Part shown: positions 8,166 to 17,458 of the stretch, in pieces | How the letters are laid out: each line of letters opens with the position of its first letter | Position numbering within the stretch: position 1 is the stretch's first letter | Source: Paludibacteraceae bacterium | Lineage (GTDB): Bacteria; Bacteroidota; Bacteroidia; Bacteroidales; Paludibacteraceae | Assembly: GCA_017555595.1 (NCBI GenBank) | Contig: JAFZGC010000067.1 | Location: forward strand, 514-64,513 | Direction of reading: 5' to 3' | Length of the DNA stretch: 64,000 nucleotides | The notes under the pieces: generated by a model | Seen by the model: the letters and a program-made list of their open reading frames with translations, nothing else | Told to the model about the DNA's origin: nothing | The model's database searches: none | Position numbers and translations under genes: made by a program

Positions 8166-8328
8166 ATGACAACCATCAGAAACCCATTTATCATCCAGTA
8201 GTTCCGTACAATCTATCAAGCAACTCCTATCAGAAGATTGGATAAGTTATTCTTCTAACGAGCAGGGACAAAAACAGTATATGCTCTCCGATCCGTTCTT
8301 TATGATTTGGATACAACGATATTTCTAA
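8166..8328 (+). pseudogene. Decayed ATPase gene remnant (N-terminal NPF... stub plus a C-terminal ...YMLSDPFFMIWIQRYF stub)
   Basis: ATG at 8166 gives MTTIRNPFIIQ then a stop. A second frame ends ...EDWISYSSNEQGQKQYMLSDPFFMIWIQRYF at 8328. Both ends resemble an archaeal-type/DUF234-like ATPase with the middle missing. Confidence 0.3.
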
Positions 8329-8381
8329 TACTTTGACACCCCCATCGCTAAGAGTGCGGGCGTATCTTGAATAGCACAAGA

Positions 8382-9182
8382 TTAAGACTTCACTTGGCAA
8401 CTACACATGCTTTGCAACACCGCCTCTGCCATCTTCTTTTGCCCTTTTTCATTAGGATGAATACCATCATCACAGAGATACGCGCCCAAATTATGTTCTT
8501 TCAGCAGTCCACTCGTCACATCCACCCACTGTACACCAGTACGCTGCGCGACACGCATAGTAGCTAAATTATACAACTCATGTCCCGACATAATCGCACT
8601 GGTAGAACCACCCAACCAACGTAGCACATTATCTTTCAATTCTTGCATCCAACCCATAGAGAAAAAGTCAAAGTACCTTTGCGCATCTATCGGAGGCAAC
8701 GACAACACCAACGGTGTTGCCCCCAACTCTTTTACCTTATTGATTACGCGCTCATACACGCTCTCAAACACATCAATCGGCGTCTTAGCAAAATGCTGAG
8801 CATCAGGCGCTTCCGCAATGGCTTTCCAGTCGTAGTCACTATCATTTCCACCACACTCTAATAGCACATATTTCGCCCCAGCGAACTTGTCTGCAAAGCG
8901 ATTTAATATACGCTCGCCTGCCTCAATGGTACAACCCATCTTACCCAAGTTCACACTCTCTATACCCAAGCGCTCCGCGCAACATTCCACTATACTCTTA
9001 TCCGCCAACGAGTAGCGACTGCGCTCACCTTCATAGTTCAGTATCACTCCTTTGATTACCGAATCTCCTAATGCAACAAGTTTCATATCTTCTTCATTTT
9101 CAAAATCTGCTGCAAAATTACTGCCAAAATTCTGACTACACAAACTTTTGTGATAGTATGGCACAATTTTTGTTGAAAACAT
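8382..9182 (-). CDS. SGNH/GDSL family hydrolase
   Basis: Blocks LVALGDSVIKG, ECGGNDSDYDW and DDGIHPNEKG are present. The true start may be the internal MKLVALGDS at 9086. Confidence 0.8.
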   Translation of the reverse strand: MFSTKIVPYYHKSLCSQNFGSNFAADFENEEDMKLVALGDSVIKGVILNYEGERSRYSLADKSIVECCAERLGIESVNLGKMGCTIEAGERILNRFADKFAGAKYVLLECGGNDSDYDWKAIAEAPDAQHFAKTPIDVFESVYERVINKVKELGATPLVLSLPPIDAQRYFDFFSMGWMQELKDNVLRWLGGSTSAIMSGHELYNLATMRVAQRTGVQWVDVTSGLLKEHNLGAYLCDDGIHPNEKGQKKMAEAVLQSMCSCQVKS

Positions 9183-9189
9183 AAATATA

Positions 9190-9249
9190 GTGACAAAATA
9201 TGAATATTTGTGACAAAATATACAGAACTAACATTTCGTCACAACAAAT
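9190..9249. promoter_or_regulatory. Direct repeats GTGACAAAATAT x2 (20-bp period) plus a degenerate third copy, in the divergent promoter region
   Basis: gtgacaaaatat occurs at 9190-9201 and 9210-9221, and gtcacaacaaat at 9238-9249. The region lies between the SGNH hydrolase gene and the LytTR gene. Confidence 0.4.
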
Positions 9250-9263
9250 TAATTGACTAAATT

Positions 9264-10067
9264 ATGAACAATCTACCTGCTATTTCTCGCAAACTGAGCA
9301 ACCAAATGCTCTACATATTGGGCATACCTGCATTCTTTCTTTGCTTCGTGCAAATCTACAAGCCCAGCCATGCAGTACGACTCCTTGAGATGGGACAAGA
9401 CATGCTCAGTTTCAATACCACCATTATCATGTGTATAATGCTTGGCATAATGCTTATCTCGCGCGCACTAATGATGGTGCTATCACACCACCAATTGCGA
9501 CTCAACTGGATGCGTTATGTATATTGGGAAATAGCCGAACTGATTGCCATGAGCCTATTCATGGCATTATACCTCACACTCATGTACAAAGGTACCTTAC
9601 CGTATTTCCATGTAGTAGGGCAATCTTTATACGCGCTACTAATCATCTGCATCTATCCCTACGTTATCTTCAACCTGTCCATTGCCTATATGGCACAAAA
9701 AGAAGAGCAAGCCACCTACGATGACTCGCTCATGCGTTTTGTGGATAGCACGCAGCGCGTTAAACTAATGATTGCGGCTTCTGCTGTACTGTATATCAAA
9801 GCAGAAGAGAACTACGTACATATTTGCTATATGGAAGGCGAACGCCTCAAAGAATACCCTTTACGAGCGTCTATGAAATCATTAGAGGAACTAATGCACA
9901 AGCACGGATTGATTCGCTGTCAACGTAGCTATTATATTAACCCACAACACATTAAGGTACTACGCCGCGATAAGGAGGGAATAATCACTGCTGAACTCAA
10001 CAACCCACAGCTCAAACCTATTCCGGTCTCCCCTCGCTACTACAACGAACTGGCCAAGTGGCTATAA
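9264..10067 (+). CDS. Membrane-anchored LytTR-family DNA-binding protein
   Basis: The N-terminal half has several hydrophobic helices. The C-terminal part, ...VLYIKAEENYVHICYMEGERLKEYPLRASMKSLEE...CQRSYYINPQHI, is a LytTR domain. Confidence 0.8.
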   Translation: MNNLPAISRKLSNQMLYILGIPAFFLCFVQIYKPSHAVRLLEMGQDMLSFNTTIIMCIMLGIMLISRALMMVLSHHQLRLNWMRYVYWEIAELIAMSLFMALYLTLMYKGTLPYFHVVGQSLYALLIICIYPYVIFNLSIAYMAQKEEQATYDDSLMRFVDSTQRVKLMIAASAVLYIKAEENYVHICYMEGERLKEYPLRASMKSLEELMHKHGLIRCQRSYYINPQHIKVLRRDKEGIITAELNNPQLKPIPVSPRYYNELAKWL

Positions 10068-10085
10068 GTTTATTTTTGTAGCGCC

Positions 10086-11759
10086 CTACCCTTGCCCTTG
10101 CGACTTGTAGGTCACTTTGCCTTTCACTGGCAGATGTCCTTCTACCTTCATTTTGCGCACAAACAACCTATCCCCACACACCACATACAGATAATTTCCA
10201 CTAAACGCCAAGGACTCTACCCTACCTGCTGGCAAAGACAATATAGCACGCACACGACCATTATGGTCTGCCACCTGCACACCCATCTCGGTAGCCACAT
10301 ACAGGTTTCCTTTAGTATCAAACGCCATATTTCCTGCTGGTTGCAACACGCCATTGCTCAGGTCATGCAAGTAGTAGTAGGGTTCGCTATAGAGCATTTT
10401 ACCTTGATTGTCAATGATCGTGCTGATGAGATGATGGGTCTTATCCTCACCCGTTACACAAAAATGCTCATCAGGTGCCACAGCCAAGGCTCTACAACCC
10501 GCGTTTACCACCCACACATGGCCGCGGCTTTTAGCCTTGCCATCGCACAACGCAAGGTACTTGCCATCTGATAGCGCCTGTACAGCCTCTAACCCAGACA
10601 GCCCGTCCGCCACTTTCGCGCCGTCTTTGTACAAACTGCTTCCTCGAGCGGTCAAGCCTGCACCCATCAAGCGCTCGCCCGTCTTTAGTTCTCCTACGCG
10701 TGCACACGCACCTGCAGGCGATACCTTATAAATAGAAGTACCCGAAGCAAAGACCGCTGAACTATCCGCCGCAGCAAAGAGATCGCTTTCTACGATTGCA
10801 GGAAGAGGTATCTCGTGCCAATCTTCGTTCTCCAGCAATATATCCTGCAACATGCCGTTGTTAGACCAACCTTTTTGCACGCGTGCTGGATAGCCTTTCC
10901 ACAACCAACGCATAGCATCTGGGAAAGCCAATGTGCCATACTTAATGCTATGATTGCCCCTATCCCACTTGTGGAACACCTCATATCCCGCAAAGTTGAA
11001 GGCAGACTCCATCAGCATATTATATTCAAACCACTCGCCAAAGATGGGATTCCACACATCATACCAACCATCTTGCATATAGATACGCAGCGGTTTGGGT
11101 TCGGTCTTGCGCACAATAGCTGGATACTCGTGTCCGCCACGCATCGCCACGAAAGTGCCGACCGTGGTATATACGCGACTGAAGAGGTCGGGGCGGTTCC
11201 ACGCCACGCTAAAAGCAGCTATTCCACCGCTGCTCGCACCCGTGATAGCACGATCATTCGCATCTTTGGATAGAGCAATGGTCTTACCGCTTTCAGTCTG
11301 CATGCCTTCTACCTTAGGCAGAACCTCTTTCTCGATAAAGGTAGCCAAATTATCATCTGTAGAGTCAAACTCCTTGCAGCGGTTGTAGCGTACCACTGCC
11401 CCCTCCTCGTCATACACCACGCCTGGCTGAATAAACACGCCAATCGTCACAGGCATCTCACCCGAAGCAATCAGGTTGTCCATCACCGTGGTGGCGTCAT
11501 ACAAGATGCCATCCATACACACCAATAGGCATGCAGGCGCATTACTCTTGTACTGCTGAGGCACATATACCAATACCTCACGTTCAGTACCAGGATAGAT
11601 CTGCGAATCGTTGAGCATAAACTTCAAAACTTCGCCACGGAAGCTCTCCTCCATCTTCACCGTGGCTGGGTCAAAAGGAGCGCGAACATTATACGCCTGT
11701 TGAGCATAAGTGCTCAATGCTAAATAAAGAACAAATAAGATTGATAATACTTGTTTCAT
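10086..11759 (-). CDS. Secreted esterase (alpha/beta hydrolase, GASSGG nucleophile elbow) fused to a C-terminal beta-propeller-like domain
   Basis: Signal peptide MKQVLSILFVLYLALSTYA. The esterase motif ITGASSGGIAAF is present. The C-terminal ~230 aa carry repeated strand motifs (NLYVATEMGVQV, YLYVVCGDRLFV). Confidence 0.7.
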   Translation of the reverse strand: MKQVLSILFVLYLALSTYAQQAYNVRAPFDPATVKMEESFRGEVLKFMLNDSQIYPGTEREVLVYVPQQYKSNAPACLLVCMDGILYDATTVMDNLIASGEMPVTIGVFIQPGVVYDEEGAVVRYNRCKEFDSTDDNLATFIEKEVLPKVEGMQTESGKTIALSKDANDRAITGASSGGIAAFSVAWNRPDLFSRVYTTVGTFVAMRGGHEYPAIVRKTEPKPLRIYMQDGWYDVWNPIFGEWFEYNMLMESAFNFAGYEVFHKWDRGNHSIKYGTLAFPDAMRWLWKGYPARVQKGWSNNGMLQDILLENEDWHEIPLPAIVESDLFAAADSSAVFASGTSIYKVSPAGACARVGELKTGERLMGAGLTARGSSLYKDGAKVADGLSGLEAVQALSDGKYLALCDGKAKSRGHVWVVNAGCRALAVAPDEHFCVTGEDKTHHLISTIIDNQGKMLYSEPYYYLHDLSNGVLQPAGNMAFDTKGNLYVATEMGVQVADHNGRVRAILSLPAGRVESLAFSGNYLYVVCGDRLFVRKMKVEGHLPVKGKVTYKSQGQG

Positions 11760-11802
11760 GGTTGTAGAACTTTCATTCAGATATAGTTAACAGAAGTGAA
11801 TT

Positions 11803-11842
11803 AAATAAAAAATGCTGCGATAGAATAAACTATCACAGCATT
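11803..11842 (-). terminator. Terminator after the tRNA-Leu genes
   Basis: The minus strand reads aatgctgtgatag-tttatt-ctatcgcagcatt followed by ttttttattt. Confidence 0.7.
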
Positions 11843-11846
11843 CTCT

Positions 11847-11933
11847 TGGTGCGCAGGATGAGACTCGAACTCACACGGTCTTGCGACCACTACCCCCTCA
11901 AAGTAGCGTGTATACCAATTTCACCACCTGCGC
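11847..11933 (-). tRNA. tRNA-Leu (anticodon GAG), long variable arm, CCA encoded
   Basis: GCGCAGG...CTACT-TTGAGGG-GGTAG...GTGAGTTCGAGTCTCATCCTGCGCACCA. A cloverleaf can be drawn by hand. Confidence 0.85.
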
Positions 11934-11937
11934 ATTG

Positions 11938-12019
11938 TGCCCAAAACAGGACTCGAACCTGCACGTCTCTCAACACTCGCACCTGAAACGAGCGCGTCTA
12001 CCAATTCCGCCATTTGGGC
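11938..12019 (-). tRNA. tRNA-Leu (anticodon CAG)
   Basis: GCCCAAATGGCGGAATTGGTAGACGCG-CTCGT-TTCAGGT-GCGAG...GGTTCGAGTCC...TTTGGGCA. Confidence 0.85.
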
Positions 12020-12079
12020 GTTACGTCAGCGACCTTGAATCGACTGCCGATTCTATTCCGTATTCAAAGACCTTTTTAG

Positions 12080-12104
12080 AAAAAAAGCAGGAACCATGTC
12101 CTGC
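12080..12104 (-). terminator. Hairpin plus T7 directly after tRNA-Gly
   Basis: The minus strand reads gcagga-catggt-tcctgc followed by ttttttt. Confidence 0.6.
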
Positions 12105-12116
12105 TCATCTCTATAG

Positions 12117-12189
12117 AGCGGCAAACGAGACTCGAACTCGCGACCCCAACCTTGGCAAGGGTGTGCTCTACCAACTGAGCTATTGCCGC
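12117..12189 (-). tRNA. tRNA-Gly (anticodon GCC)
   Basis: GCGGCAATAGCTCAGTTGGTAGAGCACACCCTTGCCAAGGTTGGGGTCGCGAGTTCGAGTCTCGTTTGCCGCT. Confidence 0.9.
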
Positions 12190-12228
12190 AAAATGTTAAA
12201 GAACATCGCTCTCATCCGAAAGCGAGTG

Positions 12229-12236
12229 CAAAGGTA
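12229..12236 (-). promoter_or_regulatory. -7 box TACCTTTG upstream of tRNA-Gly
   Basis: caaaggta on the plus strand, 40 nt upstream of the tRNA 5' end. Confidence 0.65.
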
Positions 12237-12330
12237 CTGCTTTTTTTTGAATTGACCAAATATTTTGACAAAAAAATAACAAAAAAGTGAAAAATATTGT
12301 ATTTTTGTGCAAAATATGCCATTTTTTTAC

Positions 12331-12338
12331 TACCTTTG
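12331..12338 (+). promoter_or_regulatory. -7 box TACCTTTG upstream of ttcA
   Basis: tacctttg lies 19 nt before the ATG at 12357, which argues against the longer ORF-track start at 12297. Confidence 0.65.
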
Positions 12339-12356
12339 CATGATTTTTCGCCGATT

Positions 12357-13115
12357 ATGCAACGAACACCCCAACAAATTGAGTACATCAAATTGCAGTC
12401 ACGTTTGACCAAACGTTTTCATAAAGCCTGCGCGGATTACGGACTGATTGCCGATGGCGATCATATCCTCATTGGACTCAGTGGAGGCAAAGATTCGCTT
12501 GCTTTGGTGGAACTGTTAGGCAAACGCGCTCAGATATATGTACCCCATTTTAAGGTAACAGCCGTATATATTCGCCTCAAAGAACGTTCATACCAGTCAG
12601 ACATTGATTATCTGCAAGATTTTTGCGCGAGCATGCGCGTACCTTTTATCGTGCGCGATACCGAGATTGGCGCGGAAGAAAAGAAAGATCCATGTTTCTT
12701 ATGCTCCTGGTACCGCCGCAAGGCGCTCTTTGATGTAGCACAAGAGTTGGGATGCAACAAGATCGCCCTCGGTCATCACAAGGACGACATCGTCGAGACC
12801 CTCCTCATGAACCTGATCTTCCAAGGCAGTATCGGCACTATTCCACCGCTTCTACAAATGGAGAAGATGCCTATTCAGATGATTCGTCCTTTATGCTTAT
12901 TAGAAGAACGCGATATTGCGCGCTATGCGGAGTTGAGTGGGTACGAGAAGCAACTGAAGGCATGTCCATTTGAGAAAGAGAGCAGCCGCACGCAGATGAA
13001 ACAACTACTCACGCAACTAGAACAGCTCAATCCCAATGTCCGCGACAGCATCTGGTCCGCCATGGAAAATATCAAGGCAGAGTATCTGCCCAAGCGCGCC
13101 CGTACAAGGCAATGA
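12357..13115 (+). CDS. ttcA: PP-loop ATPase, tRNA 2-thiocytidine synthase TtcA family
   Basis: LSGGKDS PP-loop, CFLCSWYRRKAL and LGHHKDDIVETLLMN are present. The start was moved to MQRTPQQ because a promoter box lies inside the longer ORF. Confidence 0.8.
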   Translation: MQRTPQQIEYIKLQSRLTKRFHKACADYGLIADGDHILIGLSGGKDSLALVELLGKRAQIYVPHFKVTAVYIRLKERSYQSDIDYLQDFCASMRVPFIVRDTEIGAEEKKDPCFLCSWYRRKALFDVAQELGCNKIALGHHKDDIVETLLMNLIFQGSIGTIPPLLQMEKMPIQMIRPLCLLEERDIARYAELSGYEKQLKACPFEKESSRTQMKQLLTQLEQLNPNVRDSIWSAMENIKAEYLPKRARTRQ

Positions 13116-13254
13116 GGTAACTCCTACGCGCTAACGCGCGAGAAATCTTATAAATCCATTTAGCTCGCATTGCTCGCAAACAGTTCTCCGAAATAAATTG
13201 CCACCACTCCCGTTGGTCGCTGAATCTTCGGTAAATAACGGAACATGCACCTCC

Positions 13255-13320
13255 CACGGACGAGCACGGATGGACACGGAAACACGAATATGGAAAGAGG
13301 CGAGAAGCGAAAGGTTAGAA
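13255..13320 (+). repeat. Decamer array (CACGGAnnnn x3-4) followed by a heptamer array (gaggcga gaagcga aaggtta) abutting the start codon
   Basis: cacgga occurs at 13255, 13265 and 13275, and cacgaa at 13283. The heptamers span 13297-13317. The ATG is at 13322. Confidence 0.8.
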
Positions 13321-13321
13321 T

Positions 13322-13693
13322 ATGAACAGTTTTTACACAATAGCATTATTAGTAGCGTCGAATGTGTTTATGACGCTGGCGTGGTATGGTCATTTGAAGA
13401 TGGCTGAGTTTTCGTGGTTCAAGACATTGCCTCTGATAGGCGTGATTGCCTTGTCATGGGGCATTGCGTTTTTCGAGTATTGTTTGCAGGTACCTGCCAA
13501 CAGAATTGGCTTCGAGGGCAATGGAGGCCCCTTCTCGCTCATGCAACTGAAGATTCTGCAAGAGGTGATTACGTTGGTGGTGTTTGTAGTATTCTCAGCG
13601 ATTGCCTTCCACATGCAAATCAAGTGGAATCACATTGTAGCTGGATTGTGCTTGGTGGCAGCCGTGTATTTCGTGTTTGGGTTTAAGGGATAA
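13322..13693 (+). CDS. Small DMT-superfamily membrane protein (DUF486-like)
   Basis: 123 aa with four hydrophobic helices. The N-terminus ...SNVFMTLAWYGHLK is typical of this family. Confidence 0.7.
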   Translation: MNSFYTIALLVASNVFMTLAWYGHLKMAEFSWFKTLPLIGVIALSWGIAFFEYCLQVPANRIGFEGNGGPFSLMQLKILQEVITLVVFVVFSAIAFHMQIKWNHIVAGLCLVAAVYFVFGFKG

Positions 13694-13761
13694 TGTTTCC
13701 TACTCGCTTCGCTCGAGAGATCTAAACTATCTAAACTAAATTATAGAAGACAATAACTAAA

Positions 13762-13784
13762 GCGCTCGCCGATGTGGCGAGCGC
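13762..13784. terminator. Bidirectional terminator hairpin between convergent genes
   Basis: gcgctcgcc-gatgt-ggcgagcgc, with T-rich sequence on both sides (aatttgtttg on one side, tttagtt on the minus strand). Confidence 0.7.
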
Positions 13785-13795
13785 AATTTGTTTGA

Positions 13796-16700
13796 TTATT
13801 CTACAACAACACCCAGCACGTTGTAAGTCTTGCCCTCATGGATAATGATGAGTTGACTGTTTCGGAGGAGTTTATAGGTAGTAGCCGTGGGCGTCTGGAT
13901 CTCACCTACTGATGTTGGTGCTTGGTTATAGACACAACCATAATCATCGAAATCTGGGTGGTCGGTGGTATAGAGGCAGTTATCATCGCGCCAAGCGCAG
14001 AGCATGACGGAAGTTTGTGTTTCGCTACTAGCACTTCTGGCTGGGGCAGCGTGAACATCACTTGTTCGCTTAGCAGCATTGTGCACGATGCCATCCACAG
14101 AGCCGAGACCTGCTAACCACACTTTTTGTGCGTTTTCTACAGAGGAGGTTTCATCAGGGAAGACAACTTCCAGCATCATGCGGCAAGCGCCATTCTCGAG
14201 GGTGTCTTTACCTGTCACCACATGGGTGTAGGTGGTTTCTTGAGGATAGTTGTTGATACCCGCAAAGATCTCTATGGTGTCGCCAGGCTCGGCGGTAAAG
14301 TCATAGAGGACATACTCTACTCCATCACGGAGGAAATACACGCGGTTGTCTTCATCTTCGCCGAAATGCAATGCACCCACAAAAGATTTGGTGATAGCCG
14401 TATCTTTGGTAGATTGGCGAGCGAGTTGGTAGAAGGTTTTACCCTTGGTAACAATGGAGTCGTTCTCTAAGGTGTAACTAAAGGTCTCTGCACGCAGGAT
14501 AGTTGGGGTACCGTCCATCTCTTTGGTTTCTACTTCTAACATATTCCATTGAGTAGGCGTTGGTCTGCCACCAATCTTGCCGTTCTTGGCATTATCTTTT
14601 TTAGGACCGCTATTGTAATCGCATAGGCACTCTGCACCCAAGCGTTCCATCTCGGTGTCGTCCATTTGGTAGAGGAGTTTGTTGTTCTTGCTTACGCAAA
14701 CGAGGTGGGTGCCTGTGTGACATGGTACAACGACTTCTTGAATCAATCCGAAGAAGTTACCTCCACGGCGACCACCATACATACCAATACCCTCTACATA
14801 CTCCATTCCGTTATTGAATGTCCATTTCTTGTATTCCTTTCCGTCAAGGAGTGTGACATTAGAAATATCTGTAACGACAAATGTGTCAGCAGGGTATATT
14901 GTTCCGTCTTCGAAGTCTTTGTTGTAATCTACCACATCTAAGTTATATGGTATCCAATCCATAGCATTGCGCGCATGGTAATAAATATACAACGCTGGCA
15001 GCGAGTCGCCTACTTCCAACGTGAAGTCATACAACACAAGGTCTTTATTAAGTAGTTGGCTATATATCAATATCTTATTATCTTCTTCACGCAGGAGATA
15101 ACCATCGCAAAGGATATAAGGTTTATTATTTTCAAAGAATATTTTGTCAAAAGTCTGTTTGTAGGTATTATTCGCAGAATTATCATCCTCTGTCTCTCCG
15201 CAATACTCATTGCAAACTGTTCGTTGCAAGCCTGACAGCATAGGGAAAAGATCTTCATCAACGGTTCCATCATTATTATAAACGCATCCCATGTTCTTAT
15301 AATCCGAGAAGTTAGTGGTATATACACATTCATCATCGCGATATGCGCAAAGCATAATTATCGCGCCATCACCACCAACTCCTGGATTAGATGGATTAAA
15401 GATAATGCCATACGTAGAACCTAATCCTTCTATCCATGTTACAGGATGTTTTTCTTCAAAATATTCCCCAGCACCATTATCTATACGGATAACAACATCA
15501 GCTTGTATTTGTAACCTACCATCATCTAATGTCTCTTTGTCTGTGATAACATGGGTGTATGTCTTATGATAGTTATAAAATTCTAAACCAGCAAAGAGTT
15601 CTAACGTATCTCCTAGTTCTGCACCAAAATCGTAAAGCAGATATTCAGTTTCGTCAAATGCGTAGTAAAAATACACTTGCTTGTCTTCTGTAAAGCGTAA
15701 TTCACCAATGAGATTAGTTGATTCCACATCAGGTTTACTGGATGAGCACATAAGAGGGATATACTCTTGACCATCTCTATTGACAGTATTATTACTCAAC
15801 CAAAATATGCTCGTACGCGCCGCTACCAACGGGTCTTGCGGACCTTGATATCCGTGCGAAAGGATATTCCATTGGTTGCACCAAGTGTCTGACCATTTCT
15901 TTTCTACATCACATAGGCACTCTGCGCCAAGGCGTTCCATTTCGGCGTCGTCCATTTGGTAGAGGAGTTTGCCGTTACGGCTGGCGCATACTAATTGTTC
16001 ACCCAAATAACATGCAGGAAGAGGATATGGATTAGCAATATTTATATAATCTCCTCCAAAACTACCAATTCCTTCTACATAATAGTTGCCATTTTCCCAA
16101 TCATTGCCAAATAGCCATCTTTTATATTCTTTTCCGTCTAACAATGTGATTGTTGATACTTCAGTGACATGTTTCGATCCTAATGGCTCTTTCTTAATTA
16201 TAAACTCATCTGTTGCTACATCATAATCTTCGTATGCTATGTAATCCACTACCGCTGCGTATTCAAGTTCGGGGAAAGAATAGATGTCTATTCCGAGATT
16301 TTGCAAAGTGTCGCCAACTTCTAAAGTATAATCATATAAGACCAAGTCTTTTTCGTATGGAAAACTATAAATTAGAACTTTCGAATCTTCTTCACGCAAA
16401 AACACACCGCCACATTTAAGATATTGTTTGCCATTAATTTCCGTTATCTCTTTGGGTGAAAATAAATAACTCTTGTTTTCTTCGCATCCATCAAACCATT
16501 CATCGCAACTTGTTCGCTGCAAGCCCCAAAGCGTTGGAAAGAGGTCTTCGGGACTTTGTTCTGCATCATCACCACAACCGTACTCTTCGTATAAAGGACC
16601 TGTATATTTTAATTCATCGCCTTTGTAGGCGCAGAGCAAATACTCTGAACCACCACCATCCATTTCTACGTAATGATTGATGCCATTAAGAAATCCATTT

Positions 16701-17260
16701 ATATCACCGACTCCTTCTATCCATTGGGTTTGACGATAGAACTCTCTAAAATCATCAGGGTGATTATGTACTTCCAGAGTGATAGTCGCAGGGCATCCTA
16801 CACATGCGTATTGTTCAATGCCTGTCACGGTGCATTTGTATGTTTTGATTTCAGATGTATAGTTGTTGATACCAGCAAATACTTCTAACTCATCACCTTC
16901 TTGGACATTGAAATCATACAATAAGTATTCGGCGTTATCGTAATAGATATACACTTTTCTATCATCAGTAAAGCGAACTGCTGCCACATATCGAGGTGCA
17001 TCAAGAGCATCGTTGATAGCTTTGCTAACAACAGCAGTATAGGTGTGCTCACCTATGACGGTATCTTTCGCCAATTGATAACGATATGTTTCTTCATGTG
17101 GTGGATATACACTGCCATTTTCCACAAATACATTCCATGTATCGCACCACTGGGATTGGTAGGAAGTATTATCATACGCGAAGGTTGACACACCTGCCAT
17201 GAGGGCGAGGGTAAGAGCAAGGAGTTTGCTGTGGAAAGAGGTAATCGTTTTCATACGCAT
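13796..17260 (-). CDS. Secreted Cys-rich repeat protein (about 1154 aa from MRMKTITSF), module order A-B-A-B-A, tail ...NSQLIIIHEGKTYNVLGVVVE
   Basis: Signal peptide MRMKTITSFHSKLLALTLALMAGVSTFA. The start was trimmed because the -7 box at 17304-17311 lies inside the ORF-track extension. Strong internal repeats are present. Confidence 0.85.
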   Translation of the reverse strand: MRMKTITSFHSKLLALTLALMAGVSTFAYDNTSYQSQWCDTWNVFVENGSVYPPHEETYRYQLAKDTVIGEHTYTAVVSKAINDALDAPRYVAAVRFTDDRKVYIYYDNAEYLLYDFNVQEGDELEVFAGINNYTSEIKTYKCTVTGIEQYACVGCPATITLEVHNHPDDFREFYRQTQWIEGVGDINGFLNGINHYVEMDGGGSEYLLCAYKGDELKYTGPLYEEYGCGDDAEQSPEDLFPTLWGLQRTSCDEWFDGCEENKSYLFSPKEITEINGKQYLKCGGVFLREEDSKVLIYSFPYEKDLVLYDYTLEVGDTLQNLGIDIYSFPELEYAAVVDYIAYEDYDVATDEFIIKKEPLGSKHVTEVSTITLLDGKEYKRWLFGNDWENGNYYVEGIGSFGGDYINIANPYPLPACYLGEQLVCASRNGKLLYQMDDAEMERLGAECLCDVEKKWSDTWCNQWNILSHGYQGPQDPLVAARTSIFWLSNNTVNRDGQEYIPLMCSSSKPDVESTNLIGELRFTEDKQVYFYYAFDETEYLLYDFGAELGDTLELFAGLEFYNYHKTYTHVITDKETLDDGRLQIQADVVIRIDNGAGEYFEEKHPVTWIEGLGSTYGIIFNPSNPGVGGDGAIIMLCAYRDDECVYTTNFSDYKNMGCVYNNDGTVDEDLFPMLSGLQRTVCNEYCGETEDDNSANNTYKQTFDKIFFENNKPYILCDGYLLREEDNKILIYSQLLNKDLVLYDFTLEVGDSLPALYIYYHARNAMDWIPYNLDVVDYNKDFEDGTIYPADTFVVTDISNVTLLDGKEYKKWTFNNGMEYVEGIGMYGGRRGGNFFGLIQEVVVPCHTGTHLVCVSKNNKLLYQMDDTEMERLGAECLCDYNSGPKKDNAKNGKIGGRPTPTQWNMLEVETKEMDGTPTILRAETFSYTLENDSIVTKGKTFYQLARQSTKDTAITKSFVGALHFGEDEDNRVYFLRDGVEYVLYDFTAEPGDTIEIFAGINNYPQETTYTHVVTGKDTLENGACRMMLEVVFPDETSSVENAQKVWLAGLGSVDGIVHNAAKRTSDVHAAPARSASSETQTSVMLCAWRDDNCLYTTDHPDFDDYGCVYNQAPTSVGEIQTPTATTYKLLRNSQLIIIHEGKTYNVLGVVVE
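14615..17170 (-). repeat. Intragenic tandem duplication, period about 1.29 kb (about 429 aa)
   Basis: Near-identical DNA around 14620-14680 and 15905-15970 encodes LLYQMDDAEMERLGAECLCD in both copies. The flanking protein modules align. Confidence 0.8.
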
Positions 17261-17303
17261 TATTTTAGTTGTTATACATTTTTGCTGATGCTGAATTTTG
17301 CTG

Positions 17304-17311
17304 CAAAGGTA
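17304..17311 (-). promoter_or_regulatory. -7 box TACCTTTG upstream of the 1154-aa gene
   Basis: caaaggta on the plus strand, 44 nt upstream of the ATG at 17260. Confidence 0.65.
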
Positions 17312-17458
17312 CTGCTTTTTCTGAAACGCTGCAATAGCGTGGGGCATTTGTACTGATAGCCAAAATGTATAGTGTTTATATTCTGTGGGTTATATTAAAA
17401 ATGTACAGATTGCTATTTGCTATAAGGGACAAAATAATCGGCTAATGCGAAATGATTC

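Noticed and set aside
13796-17347. Longer ORF-track starts for the 1154-aa gene, gyrB (to 44339), ttcA (from 12297), upp (from 47025), mutL (to 58420) and the regulator gene (to 19139)
   Set aside because: In each case a TAnnTTTG -7 box lies inside, or within about 7 nt of, the extension, or the extension overlaps the upstream gene. The conserved protein N-terminus or signal peptide starts at a downstream ATG.
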